The translations under genes were made by a program, and so were the position numbers. Shown here in pieces: positions 34,442 to 46,561 of a DNA stretch of 64,000 nucleotides. The stretch comes from Oikopleura dioica (lineage: Eukaryota > Animalia > Chordata). How positions within the stretch are numbered: position 1 is the first letter of the stretch; each line of letters begins with the position of its first letter. Where the stretch lies: contig OU015568.1 of NCBI GenBank assembly GCA_907165135.1, forward strand, positions 2,852,001-2,916,000, in the 5' to 3' direction. The notes beneath the pieces are model-generated. The model had not been told where the DNA came from. It did not search any database and saw only the letters and a program-made list of their open reading frames with translations.

Positions 34442-35057
34442 ATGAGCAGCGAGAAAGATTCACCGAAAGATCGGTCTTCGGAGAAAATCGGGAAAGTGCG
34501 CACCTCGATTCTAGCTCCATTGAAGAGCAGAAACAGGGGACGAAAGATGAAGATACAGCTGAAGGAAGATCGAAAAAGATCGGTGCAAAAAGACGAAAAT
34601 GATAATCTAGCGAAAGTAAGCAAGAACCAACTTGCCGCTTTGGAGAAAGAAGATCAGCCTTCGACTTCTCAAGTTTCAGGACTGACAGAAAAAGCATTCA
34701 ACCAGAGGTAAGATGTAGTGACTGGGAAGTCAATTGTGGCTTCGAAATCTCAAGCTGACCTTTGCGCGGCTTCTCCATACTTTATGGACGAAGACCCAAG
34801 CGGGTTTTCGGTGGAGGCAACACTGATAGGAGCCCTCTTGTTCGTACGGGGACTCCCCGTCGGGGAGAATGGTGTTTTATATAAATTTCAGCTCCTTCCT
34901 AAAAGTTCAACGCGGATGGCAACGATTCAAATTCGGCTGGAGATATTTGGAGGTTCAGAAAACCGAATCGGGGAAAGAAAAAGTAAGCATCTTCGGCCCA
35001 GAATCAAAGGAATGGTTAGAATTCGTCAAATTCGTCGGACCACCGCCACAAGAATAA
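34442..35057 (+). CDS. Uncharacterised basic protein within operon
   Basis: ATG 1 nt after a ttttcag acceptor; Lys/Arg-rich exon 1; last exon FLKVQRGWQRFKFGWRYLEVQ..VGPPPQE*; family not recognised. Confidence 0.5.
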
Positions 35058-35226
35058 AAGTTCAAAACAAAAAAATGAAACAAAAACAGATACTGTTCTA
35101 AAAATATTTTAAAAAGGTGTCTATTTTGCACCACTGCCGCTTCCTGCTGTAGATAAAACTATTCTAAAAGCCTGAATAAACCCATTTTTTGCAAAAACTT
35201 CCCTTCATTGATAATAAATCTCAAGA

Positions 35227-37586
35227 ATGCTGAGTTTGGCGCGAATCGGACCAAAACCAAAAGCCCTTTCAAAATGGCTTCTCGGCTCTTTTTCCTGCAC
35301 CGCGGTTTATCACGGTGCTCTTGCTTCTCAAAAACGCACTGTTCTCGCAAAAACACCTCCTCAACTACAAAAGCGCGAAAACAGCGAAGCTGGAATGACC
35401 TGGTCGTCCTTTTGGAAGTATCTTGGTCAACACTGGCTCGGTCTTTTCGGCGCGTTTTTGAGCACCCTCGCCGCGGCGTATTTTAATGTTCAAATCCCCA
35501 TTTCGATTGGTTCTATCACTTCCGTCATAACAACCATGGTCAATTCTGGCGAAGCAATAAGCTTCAAGGAATACTGGGAGAAAATCAAGGAGCCGGCAGT
35601 GCGATTTGCGTTCGTTGTAGCTTCCCAGGCGGCAGCTAGCTTTGCCACGATTTCGATGCTCTCGCATGTGATGGAGGGAGTGGCGGCGAAACTGAGACAT
35701 GACTTGTTCGATGCGATTCAAAGAGTGAGGCTCAAAAATATTTTCAATCATCGCTAAAGACTCTAGCCTAGGCTGTTTATAGATCTAACATTATTCAAGG
35801 CCAGAAGCGGCTTCCGTACTTGTTAAATCGAGCGAATATTTATGTCAGCTCAATTATTCTTGAGCCGAAAAAGGACAGGATATCGAATTCTTTGAGTTTC
35901 ATCGCACCGGTGAATTATCCAAGCGAATCAACCAAGACGTCCAAGAACTAAAATCAGACGCCAAAAAGCTCCTGAATTCCGGTATCAAGGCCATCGCTCA
36001 AACCGCCGGCGTCGTCCAAGTTCTGTACAGCATTTCCCCAACGCTTACCGCCAGTTTGGGCGTCGGTGTCGGTGGAATTGTCACAATCGGAACGATCATT
36101 GGAAAGATGCTGAAAAAGCACTCGATTCAGGCAAACAGGGATAGCTCCGCTTGCCAGAATCATTGCTACGAATCGCTTTCGAATATCAAGACTGTTCGGG
36201 CGTTTTCTGCGGAAGACACCCATCTGGAATCGTATGATGAACTCGGAGAAGTTGCTAAACGATCAGCAAGAAAACTTGGCTACGGGATCGGCATATTTCA
36301 AGGTCTCAGGGTGGGCAAAAGCTGGCTCTGAAACTCTCGCCAAGAGTCTTGGACGGTCTAAGTTGGACCCCTTAATATTAAAATATTAGGCTAGCCTAAA
36401 CAAGTAGACTTGCTAGAAGATTTTCGCCCACCCAAAGTTAGGCCTTACAAATCTTGCATTGAACGGCCTTGTTGGAGGTACAGTCATTCTCGGGGGCTCA
36501 ATGGTCGGTTCGAATCAACTTTCCGGTGGAGATCTGATGGCTTTCCTAGCAGCAGTCCAAATGCTCCAGAAATCTCTTGCTACGGTTTCCCAAATGTTGA
36601 CAGTTTACATGAAAATGAAGATTGCTGGCGATCAGGTCTTTCAGTTCATTACTCTTGAGCCGGGAAAGACGGTGGCGAGTCAGGATGGAAGACGAATTCC
36701 GCATTACAAGCTCATGGGAAATGTTTCCTTTGAAGATGTTGACTTCAGGTAAGAAACGGTGGATCCTTAGATGAATTCCCGTCTTTTTAGTTATGCAACT
36801 CGCCCAGATGATCCAGTTCTGAACAAATTCAACCTGCAAATGACTTCACATAAGGTGATCGCTCTTGTTGGCGCTTCTGGCAACGGAAAGTCAACAATCG
36901 CAGCTCTCCTGGCAAGAATGTACGATCCAAGCGGAGGAAAAATCACCATCGATGGAGTTGATATCAGAAATGTCGATCCGAAGTGGCTCAGAGGCGATCT
37001 CATCGGCTATGTCGGTCAGGTAAGTTTTCTACTAAAATCATCAACCACTCAGTTTTTCTAGGAGCCAGCGCTTTTTACAGGAACAGTTGCAGACAACATC
37101 CGCTACGGTAAACCAGACGCCAGTGACTTGGAAATTGAAGACGCGGCTCGCCGCGCCAACTGCCACGAATTCATTTCAAACCTGAAAGACGGCTACTTTA
37201 CGAAGGTCGCCGAGCGCGGATCAAGCCTTTCTGGTGGCCAAAAGCAGCGCATTGCCATTGCCAGAGCGATAATTAAAAACCCCGAGATTTTGATCTTCGA
37301 CGAAGCTACGAGTGCGCTGGATAATGAGTCCGAAGCTGTTGTGCAAAAAGCGATTGAGGAAAATTTCAAGAATAGAATGGTGCTTATAATTGCTCATAGA
37401 TTATCAACTGTAAAGAAAGCAGGTGATTTTACTACGTTTTCTGCAAGTTTCCGATATGAAATGTTTGTTTCAGATGTGATTCATGTTGTCGAAGGAGGAA
37501 AAATCGTCGAATCGGGCAATCATGAAGAACTGATGCGAAAACGCGGTGTATATTTTAACTTACAAAATCAGCAATCTTCCAAGTGA
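35227..37586 (+). CDS. ABCB8: Mitochondrial ABC half-transporter
   Basis: [35 protein letters not shown] (ABCB8-type), Walker [10 protein letters not shown], signature [14 protein letters not shown], Walker [13 protein letters not shown]. Confidence 0.9.
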
Positions 37587-37775
37587 TTATTCATTCATAA
37601 TTTTAATAAATGAAAGTTAAATCATTCCTTTTTATGATGACGATTTTACGTAACAGCATGCAGAATACAAAAAAGTTCGTTGTTTGCCCTTCAACTGGGC
37701 ATTTTCGGCCCAAAGGTCGTCAAGGTTATCTTGTCTCAGATATTGTTTGTGAAAGAGAACTTGTGAAATTTTAGC

Positions 37776-40152
37776 ATGGCGTCGGAGTCGACTCAGCTTT
37801 TAGGTCAAACTAGGGAGGAGGATAAAAATCACTTTGACTATTTCCGTTTTATCGACATGATAAGTCAAATGTTTTCTTTATCCAAAATAAGTTTAAAGCA
37901 ACGAAGAATAAAAATCGAGAGAGATATCTTCAGCCAAGAGGAAATCGACGATGCTCAGTTCTCGCCTGAACCTGCACTTGTTTCTTCTCAGATCAAAGAT
38001 TATTTCTACGGACTCGGGAGAAATCTCTTTCCGCCGCTTGAATGGGTTCCGAAATACAAGAAACAGTACGTAATTGGGGATGTTATAAGCGGACTGACTG
38101 TTGCTATGATTCGTCTTCCTCAAGTATTTCCTCTTCATCTATTCGCAGAGGGATGAATATTGATTCTAGGGCCTTGCATATGGACTTCTAGCCGGGCTGG
38201 ATCCAATAAACGGCGTTTACCTCGAATTCTTCCTTTGTATTATGTACTCGATCTTCTCCACAGTCCCTCAAAACTCCACTGGAACATTTTCAATCATCGC
38301 TCTCATGACTGGCGCAGCAGTAGACAAGCAGTTTCCTGCCCTAGCACCGACCAATGGAACTACCCTTGACACTCTCGGTGCAGAACAAATGCCGGAGAAG
38401 GTCAAATTTGCCTCAGCACTTGCCCTTGTTGTTGGAATCATTCAAGTGCTCTTCGGTTTATTGAACTTAGGAGCGGTTTCTATCCTGCTAGGTGAGTTTT
38501 CACATTGATTTAAATCGATGAAGTTGAATTTAGCAAAACCCGTTGTGGCTGGTTTTACGACTGCTTCTGCCATAATCGTCACATTAGCACAAGCTACTCA
38601 TCTTTTCGGAATACCGGTCACGCGCTTTTCTGGTTTCGCCAGTCCGCTCAGGACAATCGGATCGATTTTCCAAGGTAAAAACCTAAATCAACCACGAAAG
38701 TCTCCGAGAATGGATTCACTTTTACTAATAAAACTCCAAGGTCTGGCTGGGGGAGTAAATATGCCAGCTTGCATCATTTCTGCCGTCTCCATTCCTTTTC
38801 TTTACTGCTCAAAACTCGCCGCAATTAAATACAAAGAAAAGCTCAAAGGCTATCCGATTCCAGCTGAGCTTTTTCTGGTCATCATCACGACTACGATTTG
38901 CTATTTTTTGCCAGAAGACAATGAAGTGATCGTTGTTGGGCAGGTTCCGAGTGGTCTTCCGACTCCAGCTGTTCCTCCTGTTGGGAAATATTTGAGTGAT
39001 TTTATGTCAGGTACGAACTAGTAAACAAACCCCCGCCCTAACCCTTAGATGCGATTTCCATCGCCGTCATCGGATATTCAACAAACTTATCCCTTGCGAA
39101 AATTTTCTCCTCCCGCCATGGCTTTACCTGGTCAGCTAATCAAGAAGGATTTGCCCTTGGAATCGCCCATATCTTCGCCTCCTTTTTCACCTGCTTCCCT
39201 GGATCGGCAGCGCTTGCACGAAGGTTTTTTCACGTGTTTTTGAAATTGATTTCGGTGTTTCAGCGCCGCGCAGTGCTAGATTATATTGTGCTCTTGATTC
39301 GCATTATTTGATTCATAGAATTTTTTCATCAATAAGTTCTTGATCGGGGCTGAAGGATTTATTTCATAAGGGTGATTACTAAATGGTGATTTTCGAATTG
39401 CATGATTCTGATTCTTATTGTCAATACTATCTAACACTGCCATTCGCCAGCTCACTGCAAGAATCCGCCGGAGGAAAGAGCCAGTTCTCCTCAGTCATAA
39501 GCGCCTCGATGATGTTCTGCATCATCGTATGGGTCGGACCGGTCTTCAAGACGCTCCCACGCGCTGTCCTTAGCTGTATCGTCGTCGTCAACTTGAGATC
39601 AATGTTCTTGCAGTTCTATCAACTACCTGTAAGTCCTCACTAGAATAATTTCTTCTAAAAATGCAGGTTCTGTGGAAGACTTCTCGAAAGGATTTCGTCA
39701 TTTGGCTCTCTGCTTTCTTTGGAGTGATCCTTCTTGGCGTTGATTTGGGACTGATCACTGGAATTCTCTTTCTTCTCCTCTCTCTTGTTAGGGATCAGAC
39801 AAAATCGATGGTGATTCAAGTTGATTCTTACCAAAGATCGGAAATTTTTGTTCGCGTTAATGACAAATCAGGTTAGTAAAACCGCATCAAGCTGCTTTTT
39901 CAGATAATTTTTTAAGAAAGTCGGAAGAAGCCAATGGTCAGATTCACAGGGCCGCTGAACTTTGCCTCAGCAGATGAGCTATCGATTCCTGCGGACACTG
40001 CGGTACTTGATCTTTCACATGTTGCATCATTCGACTTTGTTGGGCTTACAAAACTTGCGGGAGCTCTCAAGAACTTGGAGAGAATTTCTATCGTTGGCTG
40101 CAAAGAGGATCTAAGGAATGGTTCAAGCGCTTCATCCGTAAAAAATACTTGA
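37776..40152 (+). CDS. SLC26 anion transporter with reduced STAS domain
   Basis: LEWVPKY..GDVISGLTVAMIRLPQ|GLAYG, GTFSIIALM, GFTTASA, KSQFSSVIS, LPRAVLSCIVVVNL, RFTGPLNFAS..VLDLSHVASFD. Confidence 0.9.
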
Positions 40153-40475
40153 TTTAATCTTGCTGAACCGCTAAAAGAAACGGAGTCAAAAATCATGACG
40201 ATTTAAAAACGCTAGAAATCTCTTTCTACGCTAGTCTTATTGATGCCGAAACTGCCTCCAGTTCCTGAAGACTTTTCACTACCTCCAAGCTAGCTTTACC
40301 AAGTTATCATTGTTGCATTTCACTCTCATGATATCTGCCTTCTCAGTGTTTACACAAACATTCAACTTCTATTAGTATTTATCAATAAAGCTCAAAACTT
40401 ATCAGTAAGAAAAACGTTGTCTTCTCGTTTTAAAGTTAGATATTTTTTTATTCAAGAAGTACATGTATTATCTGG

Positions 40476-42167
40476 TCAAACATTAAGAAACCTAGACAAA
40501 AAGATTTTTGCATCGATCTTCCAATTCAGCCCGTGCTTTCGCTTCGCCATTAATTTGCTCATCCAGCCGCTCAACTTCAGTCATCAGCATCTAAATGAAT
40601 GGACTTCGATAGAACAAGTTGAAACGCTGCATACCTTGACATCCTTGAAAATCTCAATCATAGCATCGCGATGGGCATTTTTTGGTCGAAGCTGGATTCG
40701 TTGTGTTCTGGACGCTTCTTCGTATTTGACATCTGCCTCGTGATCCCAGATGTTCAAGTCTATATTGTATTAGAAATATGATATTCTCGTCGAGTTTTTA
40801 CCAGTTTCAGACTTGCTCAAATAGCAAACTCCGCATCCCAACCGCGCTTTCTTTGGGCCCTTCGAAGTTTTTGGCCGTTTTTCAGCTAGAAATTAAGCAT
40901 CTCATCTTACAAACGGATTTACCTTTAATTTTTTGCCTGGAATGCCATTCTTCAAAGAAAACTTTTGATTTCCCATACTCAATTGGTTCAAAAATCGGGC
41001 TTTGAATCTCCTCTTCCTTGCTTTCTTCTGCCTCGATTTCTGGTTCTTTCTCAGATTTCGCGCTTTCCTCGCCATTCTTTGCGGTTTCTTCTACTTCAGG
41101 ATCAGTAAGAGCATCCGCAATAGAGTCAATTATCTTTCGCCCGGTCGATCTTGCCGATTCAAGAAGCTGAAGAGATTTTTCGTTATCCACTTTGATTGTT
41201 TTAATTACCTTTCTGGCTGTATCTGGCTCATCCTCTTCCTTGACATCATCGATTGTCTCCCTCATCTCATCGAGCTTTTCTAAACGATTGCGCGCTCAAT
41301 CCACCGTACTACACCAAATTACATATTCGCTGTCAAATTACCTTTGAATTCGTCTAAAACATTGGTGATGCCTGTGGTTTGCAATTTGGGAGAAAGTGAC
41401 GGCGGCGTGCCAGTTCCATTAGCTGCGGTATCATCGCGCGGAGACGAATTGAACACGACTCCTGAAAAAGAAAAACATGTGGTTGGAAAATGACACGAGT
41501 TGAAATTAATATTTCAAAAAATGAGAATTGATGGGTGAGAAAAAAATCTCTTCTCTTACCTCATAAACCTGCGAAGAAACCTGAGTCAGGGATCTGAAAG
41601 AGCCTTTAGATAACCCGAAGGGACTCTCCGGTTCCTGACTCAGGTTTCTCCACTGGTTACCAAGATAAAATCTGTAACAAAGTACCTTCAAGTTGAAGTT
41701 TCGGTACATTCTTCGGCAAGTCATTTTCTGGTGCAATAGTTTTTGACGAAATAGAAGACACCGCCGATGCTTTTGATAATCGACGCTTTGGCACTTCAGT
41801 TGGTCTAATGTCCCGTTTCTTCGATAAAAGCACTTTCTACATAAAATGAACCAGAATACCATCTATCGTTTTTAATAATAAATCAGGGGTAGACATAATA
41901 AACCATTCCTGGCGGTGCGACTTCAGATTCTATTTCAACATCTGTTTCGGGTCTACTCTTCGGGGTTGTTGGCGGAGCTGGAAAAGAAGAACCAGCAGGA
42001 GGGAAGCAAATACTTTTCGTTACTGACTTTCGTTCCGGAGAAACCTCCCGCTCAGTTGTGAAACCAGAGGTCGAGCCGTTTTCAGCATCAGAGAGCAAAT
42101 CCAGTTTTCTGGAGACTGAGAAATCTGAGTCGCGACCTCGACCAGGCGCTGATCGAGCTCTTTTCAA
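40476..42167 (-). CDS. Uncharacterised Ser/Pro-rich and coiled-coil protein; 5' end uncertain
   Basis: In-phase exon chain ending ..AMIEIFKDVK|MLMTEVERLDEQINGEAKARAELEDRCKNLLSRFLNV*; no family recognised. Confidence 0.5.
41575..41649. repeat. Intronic CCTGAGTCAG inverted-repeat element
   Basis: agaaacctgagtcagg..cctgactcaggtttct, perfect 16-bp arms. Confidence 0.8.
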
Positions 42168-43183
42168 GCGTCATCAAATTACTGCTTTTTGGCATATTAG
42201 CTCAAGAGTATTAGTTTATCTGAAAGTAGGGCGCATATGATAATGACAATACATCAATAAATTAAGGAACGCATGTCTTCTTTGCATAAAAGATGTTTGA
42301 CACCTGACCTGCGTCTTCTGAACGAAAATGAGCCTCTGCGGGAAGATCTCTGTTTTGGAACTAAAACTGCTTCGATAAGGGTTCGTTTTCTACCAATCTT
42401 TAGTCTTCAATCTTATTGAAGCAAGTTTCTTGTATCCGAAAAGATATATTTATCTCTCTACTTTGGGCGTGATTTTTCATCAGCGCGGCTAGAAAATCAC
42501 CCTAGAAATCATCATAATCCTGCTAAATCTTGTTGAATTTCACCGTTGTGGACATATTCTTTTTCTCAAAAAAAAGCTGCTTCCGTATGAATTTTGCGAT
42601 TGTGGATTTTGGAAAAAACCAGTCCAAAAATTGACCATGAAATATTCACGCTGCAGACACAAAGAGAAAAAATACAGTATTCGCCGGTGCTGCATTAGAA
42701 ATTCATAGAGCCAGCTTTTACGTGCGCTTTGAGAGAACATAATAGAATCCTCTTATTGGAAGGTTTATATTAAAAGCTGCAGCCTGCAAGAAATTAGAAA
42801 TTAATCGCGTCAAGCTCAAATGTCAAGAAATCATGATAACGAAAGGTGTTTTGAGAAGATTTGTTTTATTCTTTAGTGCCTCTTATCGTATCAACAAAGG
42901 TATCCTGAAATTTGACATGTGACTGTGAACGCAGTAGGACTCTACTTGAACTACGTTGATGTATGTTTGATGTTTCACAGAAAAGTGGTTGATGGGAGAT
43001 CGTTGAAAAATTTCACCATTTCTTATTGATGCTTTATTTAATTGTTCAATGAATTTTCTTGGTTCCTAAGGGTTGCTTTAATTCTAGATATGAGTAAGTT
43101 TTGTGGTTAAGTTCGATTCTCAAATCTTAAGTCAATTAAAAACTCATACTTGATGTTTTAAACATATTATTGTGGTTTTTCGT

Positions 43184-43542
43184 TCATAGAAAATTTAAAG
43201 AGAAGAACCCTTTTTCTAGATTTCTCAGTTTGAGAAAAGCAAGTTGAATTTGAAAGCATTTTCCTGACAACTTCTCTTGTAACTTGCACTCTTCGTGTTC
43301 ACTCATGTGATCAAGAAGCGTCTTTGAATTCTTCAATAATTGCTGATCTAAAATATTTTCAAAAACAAATTCGCTTCCCTCTTCTTACAAGCAAAATCGC
43401 GGCCAGGCTGAACATCTCTCGTCTTCATTTGAAATCGTCTATTTTTCTCGATATCAATCGGGGCGTATCCAGAGTACCTTGAGTTCCAAGATTCTACGGG
43501 ACTCATTAAAAGGAGAATGTTAAGAAAATGCTTCAAAAACAT
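43184..43542 (-). CDS. Possible secreted protein; further 3' exons likely
   Basis: MFLKHFLNILLLMSPVES signal-like start; GTAAG..TAG intron to QQLLKNSKTLLDHMSEHEECKLQEKLSGKCFQ. Confidence 0.35.
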
Positions 43543-44063
43543 CTTGCATCGAAATTGATTCTCCGCGCTTTATATGATTTACCCGGCAATAGATAGATTT
43601 CGGATGAATATTTGAAAACGATTGTCAATAATCAGAAATTCAATGAACCAATTCGACATTTTCTCGGTGATTTCTTCCGATCCCATCCGTAATAAAAATT
43701 CAGATTTGTCATTTTTGACAATTTAACGTCTTTTATTAACTCATTAATATCATCAAAATTGGACATTTTCGCTGATTTTGGCCTTGATGAACAATCTGTT
43801 CTTCAGTTCACTCTAAAACAGAACAGAAGTAGAAAGAAACCACCCAAGACCCCGATGAGCGAGGAAAACTTGCCCCTAAGCGCGTGAGTTGTCCCTGCGG
43901 TCGACTTTTAGTAGCAACACTCGCGGCGCATTTTCGATGGAGTTATTCTCGATGTCGCTCCAACTGAAACTTGTCATTAAAAGGGAGCATCAATTACACC
44001 CCTGGGTACTCTTTCAAAAGTGTTCTATATCTTCAGAAGGCAATTTTAGAAATATTAAAAAAA

Positions 44064-44389
44064 ATGTGGAAGGTAAGACTCATTTCTACAGAGATAATAA
44101 TTTGAAAAGAGGACCCTGACTGAGAGCTCTACACAGGTTTCCGAACTCAGAAATTAATTAAATTTCAGGGACTTTTTACTTCATTTGTTTTCCTGATGTC
44201 TTCAGCCGCTGCGAAACCTTCTAGTGATGGATATCAAATTCCTTATTTATTCAAGGTATGTCTTCATATCTTCTGATCATAAAATTGTCACAATTCTAGC
44301 GCTTTTCTGCACCTGTCCAGAGAGATCCAGGTCACCAGATCCCGTTCCTATTTAAACGATCTCCTGTTGAATCACTTTACGAAGACTGA
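44064..44389 (+). CDS. Neuropeptide precursor with two QIP(Y/F)LF peptides, 61 aa
   Basis: Exons 44064-44072, 44169-44255, 44300-44389 (phase-0 GT-AG introns): MWKGLFTSFVFLMSSAAA-KPSSDGYQIPYLF-KR-FSAPVQR-DPGHQIPFLF-KR-SPVESLYED*; AATAAA downstream. Confidence 0.85.
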
Positions 44390-44883
44390 TCTTTTCAACC
44401 CATTTTTTTCTACAAATAAAACTACTTTAGAGGAGAAAGCGCAATTATCACACGAGCAATTTAAATTATCCTAGTGGATTTTGATGGATCATTTCGTGAT
44501 TTCTGAACACGCTTTTTTCTTATTTTCGTTGAGCCGCGGGTACTTAGCCATTGTTCAAAAAAATAACAAGAGCGTTTCTTTTTGTCTAGCGAAACAAGTG
44601 CAGCTAGTAAAACGAGGCATCAGAGGCGTTTATTATTCCGCAAACAACGGGTCCACACGTATTTGTTCACATATTTTCGCAAACTCAGAAATTCCACATT
44701 TTCGTTTTCCATTTTTCGCCATAAAAATATCGGTTGCGCCCCGGGCACGAGCAAAAAAGGCTGAGACGATTGATTACTGAAAACCATTGAAGCGGATTAG
44801 CAAAAGAGATAAACAGAAAACAGTTTTGAAAGTAATGAAAAGGGCCTTTGAGAAGAGTTAAGTGCTTAGCACTTTTGACAATA

Positions 44884-46458
44884 ATGACGAGGGAGCTGTT
44901 TGTCGAAGAAAATAGAGGAAGCGTCAGAAGAAGAGTGGATAGAAATGGCAAAGAGAGGAAGCCAAATAGTATCAGAAAAAATGTTAATAGTATTGTTGGA
45001 TTCAAGAAAAGAAGGACGAAGAAAAATGATGAAGTTTATAGGGACATGGTAAGTCGGCTTATTTTATGGCTCAGTTAGGGTAAGGGTTCGATTAGGGTTG
45101 TGTGCAAAAAGACCCTTTTTGGGCAAGAAAGGAATCTAATATGAGAATTTTTATTTCAGAAAAATGTTCTTGGTGTTATTGATATTTTAACTATTATCCT
45201 CAATGTTCTTCATATTTTCATCGGCGCTAGAATTTTTTTCGCCTTTGGATCGATGATGGAAAAAGAAACATGCGTTGATGGTATCCGTGGAAACAATGCT
45301 CAACTGCTGGACGCAAGCGAGTTTACTGAAATCGGGCAGAATACGATGATCACCGGAGGAATCATGCTCGTTTTTGGGATCTTTGGTATGATTGTTACGG
45401 AGATGGAGACAGGAGTATTGATGTTGGTGATGACTACCGTGCGGATTTGCTTCTTTATGTATTCAATCTTGACGTCTGTGAGAAATTTCATCGAACCTGA
45501 GAAGGTCTGGTTGAGTTCAATGACTCTCGGCTCCAAATTTACGTATGAATTCGAGCAGGACAACCGCTGCTGCGGGTGGAATAATGTCTTCGACTACTGC
45601 GACCGGGACAAGATTTTGCAAATAATCTACGACGTCAGAACTGGGAGAAAGGATTTGGTCACGAAGCACACTCGACAAAGCTCGTTTTTTGAAGAATATG
45701 CCGATTCAAAAATATACAACTACGAAAGCTTTGAAAGTGAGATTTTCTACAGCTCCGAAATCGCGAGTATTTCAAAGCTGGAGGAAATCAATGATGGTGA
45801 GGATCCTTGCGAGCCGGATTCTTTAAATGAATACTGTGTCTGTGACGAAATGGAGAAGAATGACTGGACATTGAATATTCTTGATGAACCCTGTAGAACC
45901 GACTGCGAGGGAAATATCTTGTATGCACGAGAATCTTGTCCTGGGCATCATTCTAGAGGTAATAGACGTTATGATCTTTAGCCTGTAATCTTTACCCGAT
46001 TTTTCAATTTTAAAAATGAACACTGAACTTCAGACACGAAGGAAAAGCCCATTTGTCTGCTCAACGGCTGTGGGGACATTCTTCTAGCGCAGTGGAATTT
46101 CAAGCTTTGGCTTATCCGAATTCTATTTTTCTCCTTTATCGCTTCGATGATCGTCTATGCTTATTTCAAATACCAACTCGCCTTTTACTACATCGACGAA
46201 ATCAACAAGCGATGGGTCAGATTCGTTTCCGTCGCCCCCGAACCTCCCTTGTTAAAAGAAAATGAAGCTTGTGTCGTTGTTGATGGTCTTTTTGACCCAA
46301 GAAGAGTGTCACCGAAAGACAATTTGAAAGAAAAACTGCTTTTTCATTTCAATTCGGAATTGAGAAAGCTCAAAAAGAATGAAAAATTCGAATATGATTG
46401 CGATTCAAACTCGTCGGATTCTGATGAATCTTCAGATTCGCCAGAAACAGCTCTGTAA
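44884..46458 (+). CDS. Tetraspanin-like protein with enlarged Cys-rich second loop
   Basis: Three N-terminal TM segments, CCG motif (DNRCCGW), GC before TM4 (LNGCGDIL), TM4 LWLIRILFFSFIASMIVYAYF. Confidence 0.7.
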
Positions 46459-46561
46459 ATTCAAATTTTCTGGTTTAAAGACAATCAAAAGAAGCATTTT
46501 GTGTTTTCAGGTTAAAATGTTTATTTGAATATATACTGTATAAAATAAATAAGAACAGTTC

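Noticed and set aside
41545-41565. 9-nt microexon (gtttatgag) between an AG and GTAAG
   Set aside because: Inclusion introduces a stop in the phases tested; direct splicing across the 213-nt intron keeps the frame
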